NCBI GenBank assembly: GCA_030265395.1
Contig: JARFYF010000059.1
Location: 21,829,398 to 21,892,983 of the forward strand
Direction: 5' to 3'
Length of the DNA: 63,586 nucleotides
Origin: Rhina ancylostomus
Lineage: Eukaryota
This document shows positions 36,806 through 49,815 of this stretch, piece after piece. Position 1 is the first letter of the stretch, and each line of letters opens with the position of its first letter. Below the pieces are notes generated by a model, which was not told the origin of the DNA, did no database searches, and worked only from the letters and a program-made list of their open reading frames with translations. The position numbers were made by a program, and so were the translations under genes.

Positions 36806-39800
36806 AGCAGTGGATAGAGCATCAACATAAATTTTTTGCAACATACCTGCTTGTTAAATAGTCCAAAAAATATGAAAATTCATCACATTGAATCCCATCT
36901 CTCGACCCACTAATGGAAACCTTGTCATGTTAAAAACATCATTGCTTGCTGCAAAATAACAAAAAGCAACATAAAAAAAAATTCTGTTTTGTGCTCATGA
37001 TATGTGGTTATGGGATATTAGTCCCAAAAGCACCTCTGGGCCTCAGTTCAATCATTGTCTGAATCAACCATGGTTTGATCATTGTCTGGATATGAGATCT
37101 GTTAATTGGTAAGTAACTGTATTTGGAAAGTTAGTTCATTCCATGGCTGCATTATGTTTCCTAGAATGATGGTTTTCATGCTGTTCAAAAGACATGGTGA
37201 TTGAGGGGAGAAGGGGGAGGTGGCAATGGCGAGTTAGTTGGGGATAGGGAGTAGTATGGAATATGACCATCGCCATGTCTAATGTCTCAGTTTAATGTAC
37301 CATATACAATGACATTATTTCATCCTTTCAGTTCATGGCAGGAACAATACTAGATTGAATGACATCTTATCACTTTGAATGGAATAAAACCTCACAAAGA
37401 AAGTCATCATTTGAACGTGTTATACAGTGGTTACTTTGGCAGGGTTCTGAAAGTATTAGGAGGCAAAACGGCTTGGTGTGTAAAACAAGACGTGCCTTCC
37501 TTCAGTCGTTCCTTGGCCAATTTGGCTCAAATTTAGAAAAACATCAGCCAAAAAGTAATGTTGTTAGCATTTTCCTCAACTTGCAGGTGGCAATGCCAAC
37601 AACTGAACAGAACATAGAGGAGGGTTAGGTTAATATGGAGAGCACTCCCAAAAATGCTCACTGGTGCCAAACCAAATGTATCTTTGAGTTCCTAGGAAAT
37701 GAAATAAGGGACTCGTACAACAGCAAGAATGGCGTAAGTCAGAGGCAAAGCAACAAGTTACCCAAAATTAAATGATTTGGAGGCATTAGCCCAAAAAAAC
37801 TTGAGTTGTCTGTTCTTAACAGTTTGAAGTGTTTGGAAGGACACAATCAGTTGGTAGCTTTTTAAAATCCTGATGTTTTAAATAAAGCTTATTGAAATTC
37901 CTGCAAGTAGCCAAAGAGAAACAGGAGACCTTCCTGTACTGGCCAATTAGAAGATTGACTGACTTTACATTCTTGAAACATTCCTGTCATAAAACATACC
38001 TTTGTTTGGGGGAAAATATAACATTTATGGGAGACAGTTCATGAATTGTAAAATCAAATATAATCGTTAACTTTTCAATCACAGGAACATTTTTTGGGAA
38101 TAATTTTAAAATCTATTTTTTCCCTTTTACTTTTTACTCTTAGATAATATATATTTTGCTGTCTGTCTCCTGTAGCCACATTTTCCTGTTCTAGCTGGGA
38201 GGGCTTTTTGCTCTGCCAAGTTTCCTTGATATCCCTCTCCTCCCTTCCCCACACTGCATCTGTCAGCAAGACTGAGAACTGGCAAGACTCACCCTGTGAA
38301 TTGAAAGATGTCTCAGCTCCAGTGCTTTTCATTCCTAAATATTTCTAGGCTTCCATTATTTTTCTCTGAAGAGTATCATAGAAGTCATGGTACTGTAGTA
38401 GATTAGCAATTTAGAAGTTGTAGGTTCAAATCCCATCATTCCACTGGATTCAATTACTTGTGGCCCACATCAGAAAAGTGGCCATTCAACCTACCAAATA
38501 GATGCATAAACTCAACTGCTTCACTGGTAACTAAAGGCATTTGCTATGCTGACCCTACTTAACTTNNNNNNNNNNNNNNNNNNNNNNNNNNNNNNNNNNN
38601 NNNNNNNNNNNNNNNNNNNNNNNNNNNNNNNNNNNNNNNNNNNNNNNNNNNNNNNNNNNNNNNNNTCTGATTTCCATCCCACGTTGTGATTATATTTTCC
38701 ACTCCCTATTCTAAGGACACTAAAACCAATGGCAACCTTCCCAGTTTTGCCCCATGAATTTAATTGAGAGCATTGCTTGAACCTATCGCCTCCCTAATCT
38801 ATGTGGCTCAGCTCTTCACTGAGTAATCCTGCTGAAGCTGTGGAATGAGACATTTCCTCTTTCTTCAAGATTAGAAGCAAAATTTCCTGTCTTGCTGGGA
38901 AATAAGTAAAATCAAATCAGTTTTCTCCATCTGATCCTTTCAGTTTTTGTGTTTGGGAGGTGGGACGAGTGGAGATTTGAGGGTCTGAATTGCTTGCAGC
39001 ACATGCAGGGTTAACGCAGAGTAATTTATCAGATTGACCTGTTGTTGCTGTGAAATTCTGGAGAATGACTATTTCTCTCCACTCTTTGTGGGCAGTGCAG
39101 CAGATTGTGATTACAGTAATGTGGGACAGATGCCCCTCTCTCCTTGTCCAAACACATCAAACCCTTCTTTAATTGCCCAATACTTTAGCAGCACACTAGA
39201 ACTTTGGCACCGGGAACAAGCTGCCCATCATGAAAAAGAGACAGGGAGATACACTAAGAGAAGGAATCAGAAATAACTAGTTATCATCTTACTTACTGAT
39301 TGACAAAAGCCAAGAAAGAGCAGAAAAAATAAACGCTAACAGAGGCTGCAGTGTATGAACCAGTCAGCTGGGAATTCTAGTATGCGGCCTTGGTAATCTC
39401 ACCTCACAGTGGTTTATCTCTCTGTCCTGGATCATTTATCACCACTTAGGCAAAAAAACTTGGCAACAAAAATAAAACGAACAAGTCAATTTGAAATCAT
39501 CTGCAAATGAATGTCAGGTTTGCTGGTCTTATTTCTGGTTTTGATTGTACCCTGATTCTGAGCTAGTATTATTACTTTTTGAAATATTAATAATTGTGTT
39601 CTTGCAACTTTTCTCAGGAATAAAAATATAGAAATCAGAATTTTCTTTACTTAGCAAAAAAAAAGCTGATTTTGAACCTACATTCTGCATTGGATCCTGT
39701 ATGATCTGCAGAGTTAAAGATCAGCTTCAGTGATCATCAGAGGCACCTCATCATAATTAGAGTGGAAGGGTTATAAATGCATTAACCCAAAAAGATGAGC

Positions 39801-40239
39801 ACTACTGCATGGGGAACCAGTGCCAGTTTAACCAGGTCCTGTTGGTGTATGATTTTCAGACTAGCAACTCTGCCTCCAAATTCAACCCTGATTGTAGTGC
39901 TAAATGCTGTATACAGCAGCAGCTGCTACACATTCAACACTGGTTCTTAAATTGGGTTTCAATGACTTTACTTCCTGGACTTGGAAACTCAGTGAAAGAG
40001 GTGTACATCTGCAAGCCAGAGGTCCTTGGAAATTACCAAGGACAAATATGGTGCAAACATTGGCCAGAGTGATGCCTTGAATGGCCTAGAAATTCATTTG
40101 GTCTGGCATAGGGATGTTAGAACCTCAGAGTGCCTTGACCCAGCAGTGAAAGTTGCCAAAGAACTGCAACTGGAAGGTTGTGATTTTTAGGCTTTTTTCA
40201 TTCATTGCAATTCTAGTCCAACAGGGCTATTATCTTATA

Positions 40240-41520
40240 AAGACACAAGAGACTGCAGAAGCTGGAATCTGAGCTACAAACAGTCTGCTGGAGGAACTCA
40301 GTGTATTGAGCAGCATCTGTGGGAGATAAGGAATTGTTGATGTTTTGGGTCAAAACCCTGCATCAGGACTGCAAATGAAGAAGGGAGACAGCCAGTAGAA
40401 ACAGGAGAGGGGTGTAGTTACGCAGGAGCCTAGGCTGATTGGTGGATTGCGGAGGGCTGAAGGATGGGCAAGTCCATCTTGGGAGGGGAGGGAAGGGGTG
40501 GAGTTGGGAGACATAGACAGGTGGAGGGCAGAGAAAAAAAGGGGAGGCANNNNNNNNNNNNNNNNNNNNNNNNNNNNNNNNNNNNNNNNNNNNNNNNNNN
40601 NNNNNNNNNNNNNNNNNNNNNNNNNNNNNNNNNNNNNNNNNNNNNNNNNATAGACAGGGGGAGGGCAGAGAACAAAAGGGGAGGCAGATGGAGATGCGTG
40701 GGGGGAGGGGAGAGTAAAGGTGGAGACAGCTACTGGAGGGTGATAAGCGGGGACACAAAGGCTACCAGTGCTGGAATCTGATAAGTAAGGGAGTGATAAT
40801 GGGAGCCAATTGGGGGGATGAGTATGGCAGATGGAACCAGAACCAGATGGGGGAAGGGTGAGCCTGTGGGTGAACTGTGTGTAGGAGGGGGATGAAGATT
40901 GGTGATGGGGGTCTTGGCAGGGTGGGAAAGGGGACAGAAATGAGAGGACTGGAGGAGGATCAGAGGGAATGGGGAGGGGGGATACACAGGAGGGGAGGGT
41001 TACCTAAAATTGGGCAAAACAATACTCATGCCTTTGGGTTGTGGACAACTCAGGTGGAATATGAGTTTTGTTTCTCTAGTTTGCATTGTATCCCTCCCTG
41101 ACAGTGGAAAAGGCACAGGTTGGTATGGGAATGGGAAGGGGAGTTGACATGCCATGTAGCTGGGAACTCAGGATGGCCAGGTGCTCTGCAAATCTGTCAC
41201 CTGGTCTTTGCTTGGTCTTGGTGGTGTAGAGGAGGCCACATCAGGAGCACCAAATACAGTAGACAAGGTTGGAGGAAGTACATGTGAATCTTTGCCTACA
41301 CTGGAAGGGCTGTTTTAGCTCCCTGGAGGGTGGTGAGGGAGGAGATGTAAGAACATGTGTTGTGTCTCCTGAGGTTGCTGGGGAAAGTGCCAGGGATCAG
41401 GGAAGGGTGGCTGGGGAGGGCTGAGCAGAGCAGGGAGTCATGGAAGGAGTAGTCCCTGCAGAAGGTGGAAATAGATGGGGAGGAGGAAACATGGCTAGTA
41501 GTGGGATCTTGCTGCAGCTC
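40240..41520 (-). mobile_element. Penelope-like element 3' part: GIY-YIG endonuclease, pyrimidine-rich spacer and pLTR
   Basis: Minus reading QPFQCRQRFTCTSSNLVYCIWCS*CGLLYTTKTKQRPGDRFAEH (~41185-41330). Terminal repeat 40240-40370 carries cagtc-ctgatgc-agggttttgaccc-aaaacatc. Confidence 0.85.
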
Positions 41521-42589
41521 ATGGAATACTTGCCCATACCCACGGTGACATCCAAATTATATCAGGGGTCCATCTCACTAATTTGTCCCTTTGTCTTAAA
41601 GGTCAAGGTTGTACAGAATGATTGCCTACCCTTCCAGACAGCAAGGGGACCCTTTCAAGTTCCAAGTTTGGCCAGGCTATCCAGTGAACTGTCTGGCTCA
41701 TCAAACTGAATGCATAAGATGANNNNNNNNNNNNNNNNNNNNNNNNNNNNNNNNNNNNNNNNNNNNNNNNNNNNNNNNNNATAGTCTCACTTTTACTCTG
41801 AAGATAACATGCATTTACATGCAGGCCATCTTTGATACTTAGCACACATCGCTGACGGATCAATGAGGTGTATTTGGTTTTGTGTGCTATATTGTGGATC
41901 TCAAAGAATAGGGGTGTCAAGAAAACATGTCTGTCTGTTGTGGTAGTCAACTCTCAAATGAACTGAAGCTTGGCACAAACAAAGTTCTCATAGTTAACCA
42001 CATGTCTGAAAGTGATAGCAAACCTCACACCCTTAAGGTAACCGTTGGATTTAACAGCTTATTTACGTGAGCCACAAACCATTATTATATGTATGCCACT
42101 TCCCCTGAAAAAGAAATGAAGAAGAGTGCGTAAGTAGGTGAACGTGTTTACTTGAAGAACCTATAGACATGAGCATCCAGGCAAACATATTTATTCCTTT
42201 GGATTCCTTTCTAGAAATCTGCATATTTAATGGATTTGATCCTCCCCTTCTGGACTCTGATTGGTAATCTTATTCTCTCGGTCCTCTGCTCATTCTTTTC
42301 ACTGGTTACTGCCTCTGTTTGCTCTGTAGAGACCTGTCCTTTGGCTTCTATCTTCACCAGAATGGTTCAAAGCTAATTCCATTACTCTCAGTGGTAGCAT
42401 ACTGAGGAGACACCAAGTGATATTTCATCTATTATCCCTTAAAACTGATTTAGCTCCTTTACTGGACCTCAGTCCTACCTAATGTCAACAATCCTGACCA
42501 TTCTTCTTGCTGATTCTACTTCTAACTGATTGACCCCTTCAAGGAGTACTATTATTACTAATAACCTGTTGGCAGATAGACTTCACTTT

Positions 42590-43330
42590 TTTCTTCGGCA
42601 GAGAATGAAGATGATTTGCTTCCACTCCGGTTCTGTGGGTCCTGGTGTATCTGATGAGTCTAATGTGGGATCCACAGATTTTGCCAGAAGTGGAGCAGGA
42701 AGTGTTTGACATAGTTTGATAAATGGTGAACTCCTTTTGTGTGGTCCCTACACATGGACCTGAGGTACTTAGCGCCATCTTGAATCCTCTTTCTCCACTC
42801 TGAGTGATTATGGGCCAGGGATCTCCTGCAGTTGGTGGGGATGTTGTACTTTTTCAAGGAAATAACAGGAACATGCATGAACCTTTTCCTCTGTTTGGAA
42901 ATCACTTCCTGGAAAGAATGTCTGTTTTGGGAACCTGGTGTTGGGCATATAGAGATATGGGCTGTTCAATGGAATCAACTGGCCATAATCAGAATCTAAA
43001 TGAATGTTAGCGTGGGAGAGGATGATGGCATTAGTTTGATTATCCTACCAGTGGATTTGTAGGATTTGAGAGACAGCATTAGTGGTATCCCATTGGTGCG
43101 TTAAGGTGCTTGCTACAAGTATTCCAGTCTCAGAGGTTTATAGGAGGGTGGGAATCACTGGCAAACCATGAGTTTTGTGTCAGGTTGGAAGTCTTGATCT
43201 TCAAACACCCTTTTCTTCAGACAACAAAAGGATATGCTGCTGGATCAAAGGCAATAATGAATTTCAAAATTATTGACTGCCTTTCCTAAAAAGTGGCATC
43301 TGTGATGTCAAAAGTGGGCCATGTTTTGGG
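42590..43330 (-). mobile_element. RTE-clade LINE 3' fragment
   Basis: KQRKRF..ISLKKYNIPTN..LAHNHSEWRKRIQDG. Homologous to 55330-56310. Confidence 0.8.
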
Positions 43331-43339
43331 GGTGAAAGA

Positions 43340-43990
43340 TAGATACCTAGACTGTGACTTCAATGTATTGAGATTGATTCTTATTCAAACTCTGATGTTT
43401 AATGTGGCTTTGTTTTAAACCTTAGCTAACTCTGCTTTGGATCCTATTTCCCATATCGTATTCAAGGCACTCCTCTGACTTTTCCCTATTTTTTTCACTG
43501 TAAAACATACAGACATTAGCTCTCCATACTTGTTATATTCCGCCAGCTTTTGCAAACTTGTGCAAGTATCCTATTTTACTCCAATTATTTGAGCTGTTTT
43601 GATGGAAGAACAGAGGTTTGGGATTTCCCTGACACTGCTAGAAGATCCTCCTACCTTTTGCAATCATGTGACCTGCAGGTTTCTCACCTTTTGGATCCAT
43701 CTGGCTTCCTGGGTCCCCTGCCAAAAACATCCTGGGGATTACGTGGCCTGGTCTTTGTGAAGAAGACACAGTTTGCACACCTCTAAATACTGCTCCTGTA
43801 ACCCTGCAGCAGCATGCTCTCCTACTTGCACTTTGGGCTGATTCAAGCTTGGAACATACGTATATGCTCAATAGCTAACCTGGATACTAATCTGTTTCTG
43901 TGTTTGATCCAGAAATGATCCAAAGTCTTGATAAGTCTCCAGTTCACAAAGTAATCTCCAGTTGTTGCCCCTGCATCTGATGACATGGCT
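43340..43990 (+). mobile_element. Possible L2 RT relic
   Basis: Highly decayed. Only weak motif resemblance (cttcctgggtcccctg, gtgtttgatccagaaatga). Confidence 0.25.
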
Positions 43991-44428
43991 GAATTTGTCA
44001 CTTGCAAATATTTCAGATACTGCTGGTTTAAAGTGTAATATCCTAAATGAAAAGAATTAGCCTATTTGTGAAATTGTATACAGACAGTTCAGTGCACACA
44101 GGTAAAATCAAGAAGATGATGATCCAGAATGTGTAATGTAATGCATTCAAAGTCTTGATGACAAGTATGTTGAGGCAACAATTGCAGAATAAAATGTGAG
44201 AACAGATGTGTATGAGGCCTCCCTGAGGAAGTGATCCACTGGAATTATAAGTGACAGGTGGAAACTTTAGAAATGTCAGATGCAGTTTGGAGTAAAGAGT
44301 TCAATGAACAAAACAACCAACAGACTGAGCAAATTCATAACCAGTTGAACGTACAACTGTACATTAATGCAAAATTAACCAATTCTATTAGTTTGTGTTA
44401 GTAATTTACTTTGTGGGTTTACTTTTTT

Positions 44429-44620
44429 AAGGGGAAGAAGTGTGGTGTATGTGTTTGTGTAGGATATCTTTAAGAAATGATTTGTATCATGTGGTATGAC
44501 ACTTGATACAGTGTTTACAGAGACTGATGTTTTGTTATGAGTTTCTGTCTTCAATAAAAAATGTGATGTTTACAGCTCTGGCTCTGTTCGCAAACAATAC
44601 AAATAACCATAGATACTACA
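44429..44620 (+). mobile_element. Polypurine tract plus ~180-bp Gypsy-type LTR
   Basis: aaggggaagaag is immediately followed by TGT (44441). AATAAA at 44553 and end ...tactaca (44620). Shares aaacaatac near its end with the 18028-18308 LTR. Confidence 0.55.
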
Positions 44621-45994
44621 ATGATAAGTTATGTTTTCCAGTTTTGAATGTGTCTTAAATGCCAGTGTCTTCACACTGCCCACTGTTGGAAATGCAGGAT
44701 GTTAACTACATACGTGTGTGTACACACACAATATATATCTGATTCTTGGTTGTTGAACAATGAGGCTTCCATCAGGAATGATCATGTTTTGCTCGCACAA
44801 TAACTTACCGTTGTCAAGTTAAAACAGCTTCAGGCTTCATTACCCAGAAGGAAGAGGCAATTGGAGTGTTCATTGACTTACTCTTGGGTAAATTAATTTA
44901 TAAAAATCAAACCAGAATCAATGACTTTTGAGTCATCACAGTGGCTTCCCTTCCAACATTGTTTCATCCTCAAGGCCTTTACCTTAGTGGTCACTTGCTC
45001 TGATCTCAATTATGGCTATGACTCCATTCTAGTGGACCAATTGAGAGATCACCGTGAAGAGTACAAGGTTCTGCTTTTTTTTCCTTTGCCTGACTTGAAA
45101 CATAATACTCCTGTGGTTTGCTTTCAGGTACAAACATGCAAATCACAATTCTGAAAGGGAAGCTTATGACCTAGACTTTGAAAATAACTGATCCCATGCA
45201 TCCTAAGGAAATACTCTCATACTGAATGGATCAGTATTTGCCTATTATTATTCAGCACACTATAAAACCTAACAGAGAATTGACAGTTTTGTTATAACGC
45301 ATTTAATTGGTTACTACTGTACTTATGAAACTTAATTTGGCCAAGCACCTATTGAGCAATTGACTCCAAGCCTCTTTAAGTATCACAGCTGACNNNNNNN
45401 NNNNNNNNNNNNNNNNNNNNNNNNNNNNNNNNNNNNNNNNNNNNNNNNNNNNNNNNNNNNNNNNNNNNNNNNNNNNNNNNNNNNNNNNNNNNNACTGGAG
45501 TATGCTTCTAGGAAGAATCTGTTTGCTACAAGAGGACAGGCCTATCTGGACAGTGTTGCCAAAATCTGCCATCTTTATTTCCAGCATCCGTGATCAGAAA
45601 GTGCCTGATCAAATTTCAAGGGCCATGCAAAACAATCCAGAAATGGTTGTTACCATGTTGCACGTACTTCGAAAAGTCAAATTTTATTATTTAGCACTGA
45701 AATAAATCGACACAATGAAACATCTAAGCCAACTANNNNNNNNNNNNNNNNNNNNNNNNNNNNNNNTTTCATCCTAAAAACTGCTATTCAGCATGGTGAG
45801 GAATAGTCTTCCTGAACTGCTCCAATGCCTATAATGATAAAATTCAACTTCCTGTCACAGGGACGGTTGCAGCATAATGTATGAGCAGATAGATAGGAAA
45901 GGAAAATGTATTTCCAAATGGGAATGTTGTGTGACTTTGAGTCCAGTTTGTACATATTAAAATTCACAAGTGACAGCTCCCTTTGTCTTAGACT

Positions 45995-46088
45995 GAGGCA
46001 TAAAAAGCAAAAAAAACCACTAGATGCTGGAAGTTTGCAGAAAGAAACAGAGTTAACATTTCAGGTTGAAGATCTTTGATCAGGTTGT
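45995..46088 (-). repeat. Penelope pLTR-derived short repeat with decayed hammerhead core
   Basis: Minus reading ctgatca-aagatcttcaacct-gaaatgttaactctgtttc...ttccagcatct. Confidence 0.6.
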
Positions 46089-46499
46089 GGCATCTCTTTT
46101 GTGCCTGGGAGGTGGCTTCCAAAGATGTTGTCCTCCTGTGAGAAAAATGCATTCCTTGCAGCACAAGACATAAATTGGAGTGCTGCACGTAGCCTGAGTA
46201 CTGGGCACATGCTGTGCAGTGGGTTGCTTCTGCTTAATGAGATTGATCATTATCTTTGGGCTACACTCCAGGAGGCAGGTAAAGAGAACTGTTTGGTGTC
46301 TTTGAACTGAACACGCAGAGGCAGGTAGAGGGTGTTGTTCAGCATCATTGACGCTACATTTTTGAGATTAGTGTCTCTGAAACTGTAGGTAACTGTTACC
46401 AAAACCAATAAGCCTTTTAGATGGTGAAATTTCTTTGCAAAGTAAGGAATTTACTTTAACACAAAAATATGCAAACTTCAACATACTTTAACATAGCCA

Positions 46500-46780
46500 C
46501 AGTAATTAAAAAATACAATAAGGTAATTTTCTGGTAAATGGTGATCCCAGGATATCCCTGCTGGGAGAATGGGAAATGGTCAGGCTGCTGAATGTCAAAA
46601 GAAAATGGTATGGCTCCCTCTTGATGTACTGCCACTTGCTGTTGAAGGTAACTTGCCATTTATTATTTCCAGTCCAAGTGGTGGAAAGGTTTTACTGGAT
46701 TTGGGTATATACTGCCTCACTGTTTAAGGTACAAGGTGGTGGAGGGCTTCAAGTGAATTGTAGAATGGTAAGGTTTGTCT
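46500..46780 (-). mobile_element. CR1-clade LINE fragment (family of 27690-29270)
   Basis: ctggtaaatggtgatccc...aatgtcaaaagaaaatgg...gtaacttgcca is a reverse-complement match to ~28520-28660. Confidence 0.55.
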
Positions 46781-48699
46781 AATAGTATGCCTTTTCTTTA
46801 AAGTCTCCCACCTTCCTTCTCTTCCTGTCCTCCTTTTCCTTCTCTTTTTCTGCTTTCTACAGTCACTTTTCTACTCTCATTGTGGTGAAATTATGTGGTA
46901 AACAGCAGTCAATGCCAAAGTGTGAAACCTTCTCTGGAGTTCTACAGTGTGGTCCCTGAGTGAATCAGATAGTAGAATCTCCTCCTGAGCATCCTATTTA
47001 GCTCCATTTAGCTTCAAGTTGACCTGACCCTGTGATTGTAACTGCATTCTGTAAGACTAACAGGAACTCAGACTGCCACAAGGAACCAAGGACGGAAGTA
47101 ATGTCCATTGTTCCCCAAGAATCATCTGTCTGTCCAGAATGATGGCTAGAATACATTGATACTAGCAAACTACCTAAGAATGATCACACTCTGTAGTCCC
47201 CATGCATGACATTAACCATTTGTTGGAGCTAAAAAAAATGTGCTCTATGATTACATTTGGAGTCTTTATTATCTCCTTTATCTCTTGTTTGCCTGGAAAC
47301 TGGACTTTAGCATTTGAGGTGCACTAAATGGATGCTGATTATTGCACTAACTCCAAATCAGAAATTATAAAGAAACTTCAGCAAATTCAAACAGCCTTCC
47401 TCTAAGAAATCATCATTGTGATTTGCTCCCATTTAGAACAATACAATCCAACCGGTACATTTGACAGGTGGTGACTGCTTGCTTGATGGGCAGTTGCTGC
47501 TTCATTTGTGTTTATTCATAGGAGCTTTTAAAGAGATCTGCCAATTACAGCTATCGTGGAAATGAGGAAGAATGGAGAAGGAACGTGGAAAATGGGACTT
47601 ATGACACTTGGTTCCAGGGCTTGACCCACCCCATACACCCTTCCTTCCCCCTGCATCTGTGAAGCAGCCCTGATGACATCCCTTAATCACAGATAAGCCT
47701 GGGTCCTCTAGTTAATCAGCAGCATCAGGTCAGATGGAGGAGTCTGTGAATTACTCCCACTAGTTCAGAGCTTCGCTCTTTACAGGGGTCTGCTGATACC
47801 TTTTTTTGGAAAAAACTTTCAAAGGACTTTTTGAACATAAAGCCATAACTTAGGGGATGCTTTTAAATCATGCTTGGTTCACTACCTTCAGTGTGATGTA
47901 CTTTCCATTTTATTACGAGTTAATCACAAAGGTTGTAGATTGTGATCCATTGTTAAATAACTATGAGTATGTTGTTCACATTGATGACATCATCATATAC
48001 ATGGAATATGTTAGGTGAATAAAACTTGAGTTGGGGTGAATCTCACTTGGAAGTATCTGACTGTAATTTCTGATGGGCAGGACTTCTGCTGGGAACGGGT
48101 GCAAAATCTTTGAAACTTTATATGCAATTAATCAATAAAAAGCAGCTGCTAAATTAATTGATACTTTATCCATGGCCACTGAGGTGGTGGATCATCATTC
48201 TCACAATGCATTATGTGAAGGTTTAATACTGATATGTTTTAAATAGCTTAATTTTGAGATTCTCTTCCCTTTTGAATTCCCATATTGGAGGAAAAAAATG
48301 ATACCCTCTTGATTTTTTGAGTTTCCCCTTTTTATAAATATTGTTCTCATTTATTACCATAGTGTAATTATTACCAATTTTGTTTATAACGTCTGTATCT
48401 TCTTGTGATTTGAATAACTAGGCTAGGTTGCCCTCCAGTACCTCAACTGCATGGCTATTTTTCATGTGTGGCTTTATGTGTCAGCTAGCTACTTGACTGC
48501 TTGGGGAAATCATAATCTTGACCTTCCACACATTTAGTCAAATATTTGGCTACTTTCCAACAGCACCACTGGATGACACACAGTCCTGGAGCCACTAAAT
48601 ACTGAAAAAATGATTGCATTTCTGTTGATGAAATTGGAAGTAAATACACAATGATTGTGACTCCCAGTGTGAGACAGAAACAAACAGATAAAAAGTAGG

Positions 48700-48890
48700 T
48701 GAGGCAGCACCAGTTGAAAAAGCGTAACAGAATTAACATTTCAGGTCAGAGACCATTTATTGTGCCAATGAATCTGCAACCTGAAATGTTAACTCTGTTT
48801 CCCTTTCCTCAGATGCTGCCTGCATGTTTCTATCTATTTTGTTGTTTTTATTTCAGATTTCCAGCACCTTCAGCATTTTTTAGCTTTTCA
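48700..48890. repeat. Palindromic Penelope pLTR-derived repeat
   Basis: aacagaattaacatttcaggt (48726-48746) pairs with acctgaaatgttaactctgtt (48779-48799), followed by cagatgctgcctg...tttcagatttccagca. Confidence 0.7.
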
Positions 48891-49519
48891 GATAAAAAGT
48901 AGCTTTTGAGAAGCTGGTTTATTGGTGTGACATTAAAACATCCAAAGCTGAACTGTATTATTTTAAATTATATTCAACACAATATTCCTGCCACTATCAA
49001 TTCTTCATTTCCCTATCTTCCCCTTCATTGACTTTAAAATGTATGTCTTCTTTTGAAAGCATCTTGAAGCCTACAGAATCCTCCATGGCCTAATTTCTGC
49101 CCGATACCTGCTGACTCCAGCCTTTAGTCTGTCACTCCACTTTTTGCTAACAGTGTGTTCAGACATCATGGTCTTGCATTCAGCCCTTCGAATTCCATTT
49201 GCTACCTCTTTGTCACTTACAATTGCCTCCTTCTTGACATACCTTCACTCACCTTTTCACAACTTCCATTGAATGTTTCTGTCTATTCAACTTTTGGAGA
49301 TCCTCACAGGTATGGCCACTTCTGCTCCCGTGATGAAAAATGCTTTTTGACTACTATTATTGGGACTGCATTGATCCCTGTCCAATTGGCTGCAGATTAA
49401 GAGGTTGAGAAATAGCTGGGAAACTGCACAAACTGGTGCACAAAACATATTTAAACCATGAAACAGAAACTCCTACTTGATCCCCACATAAAATGACCAT
49501 ATTTTCACATTTCCTTATG

Positions 49520-49815
49520 ACATAGAAGGAGGCCTTTTCAGCCCACGAAGTGTATGCCAGCTCACAGAGCAGTCACATTTCCATCAGCTACCCCCGGATT
49601 CTACCACTCACCTACACATACTTGGGGCAACTTACAGTGGCCAAGTAAGTTACCAGCCGTCATGTCTTTGGGGTGTGGGAGGAACCAGAAGACCCAGGCA
49701 AAATCTTTGTAATTACACAGAGAACACACAAACTCCACACAGATGACATCAGAGGTCAGGATTGAACCCAAGTTGCCAGAGCTGTGAAGCAGCAGCTCTA
49801 CTAGCTGTGCCACTA
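49520..49815 (-). mobile_element. HE1-like tRNA SINE with CR1-type tail
   Basis: Minus head gtggcacagctagtagagctgctg and B-box gggttcaatcc. Core ttcctcccacaccccaaagacatg. Tail gtgggctgaaaaggcctccttct. Confidence 0.85.
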
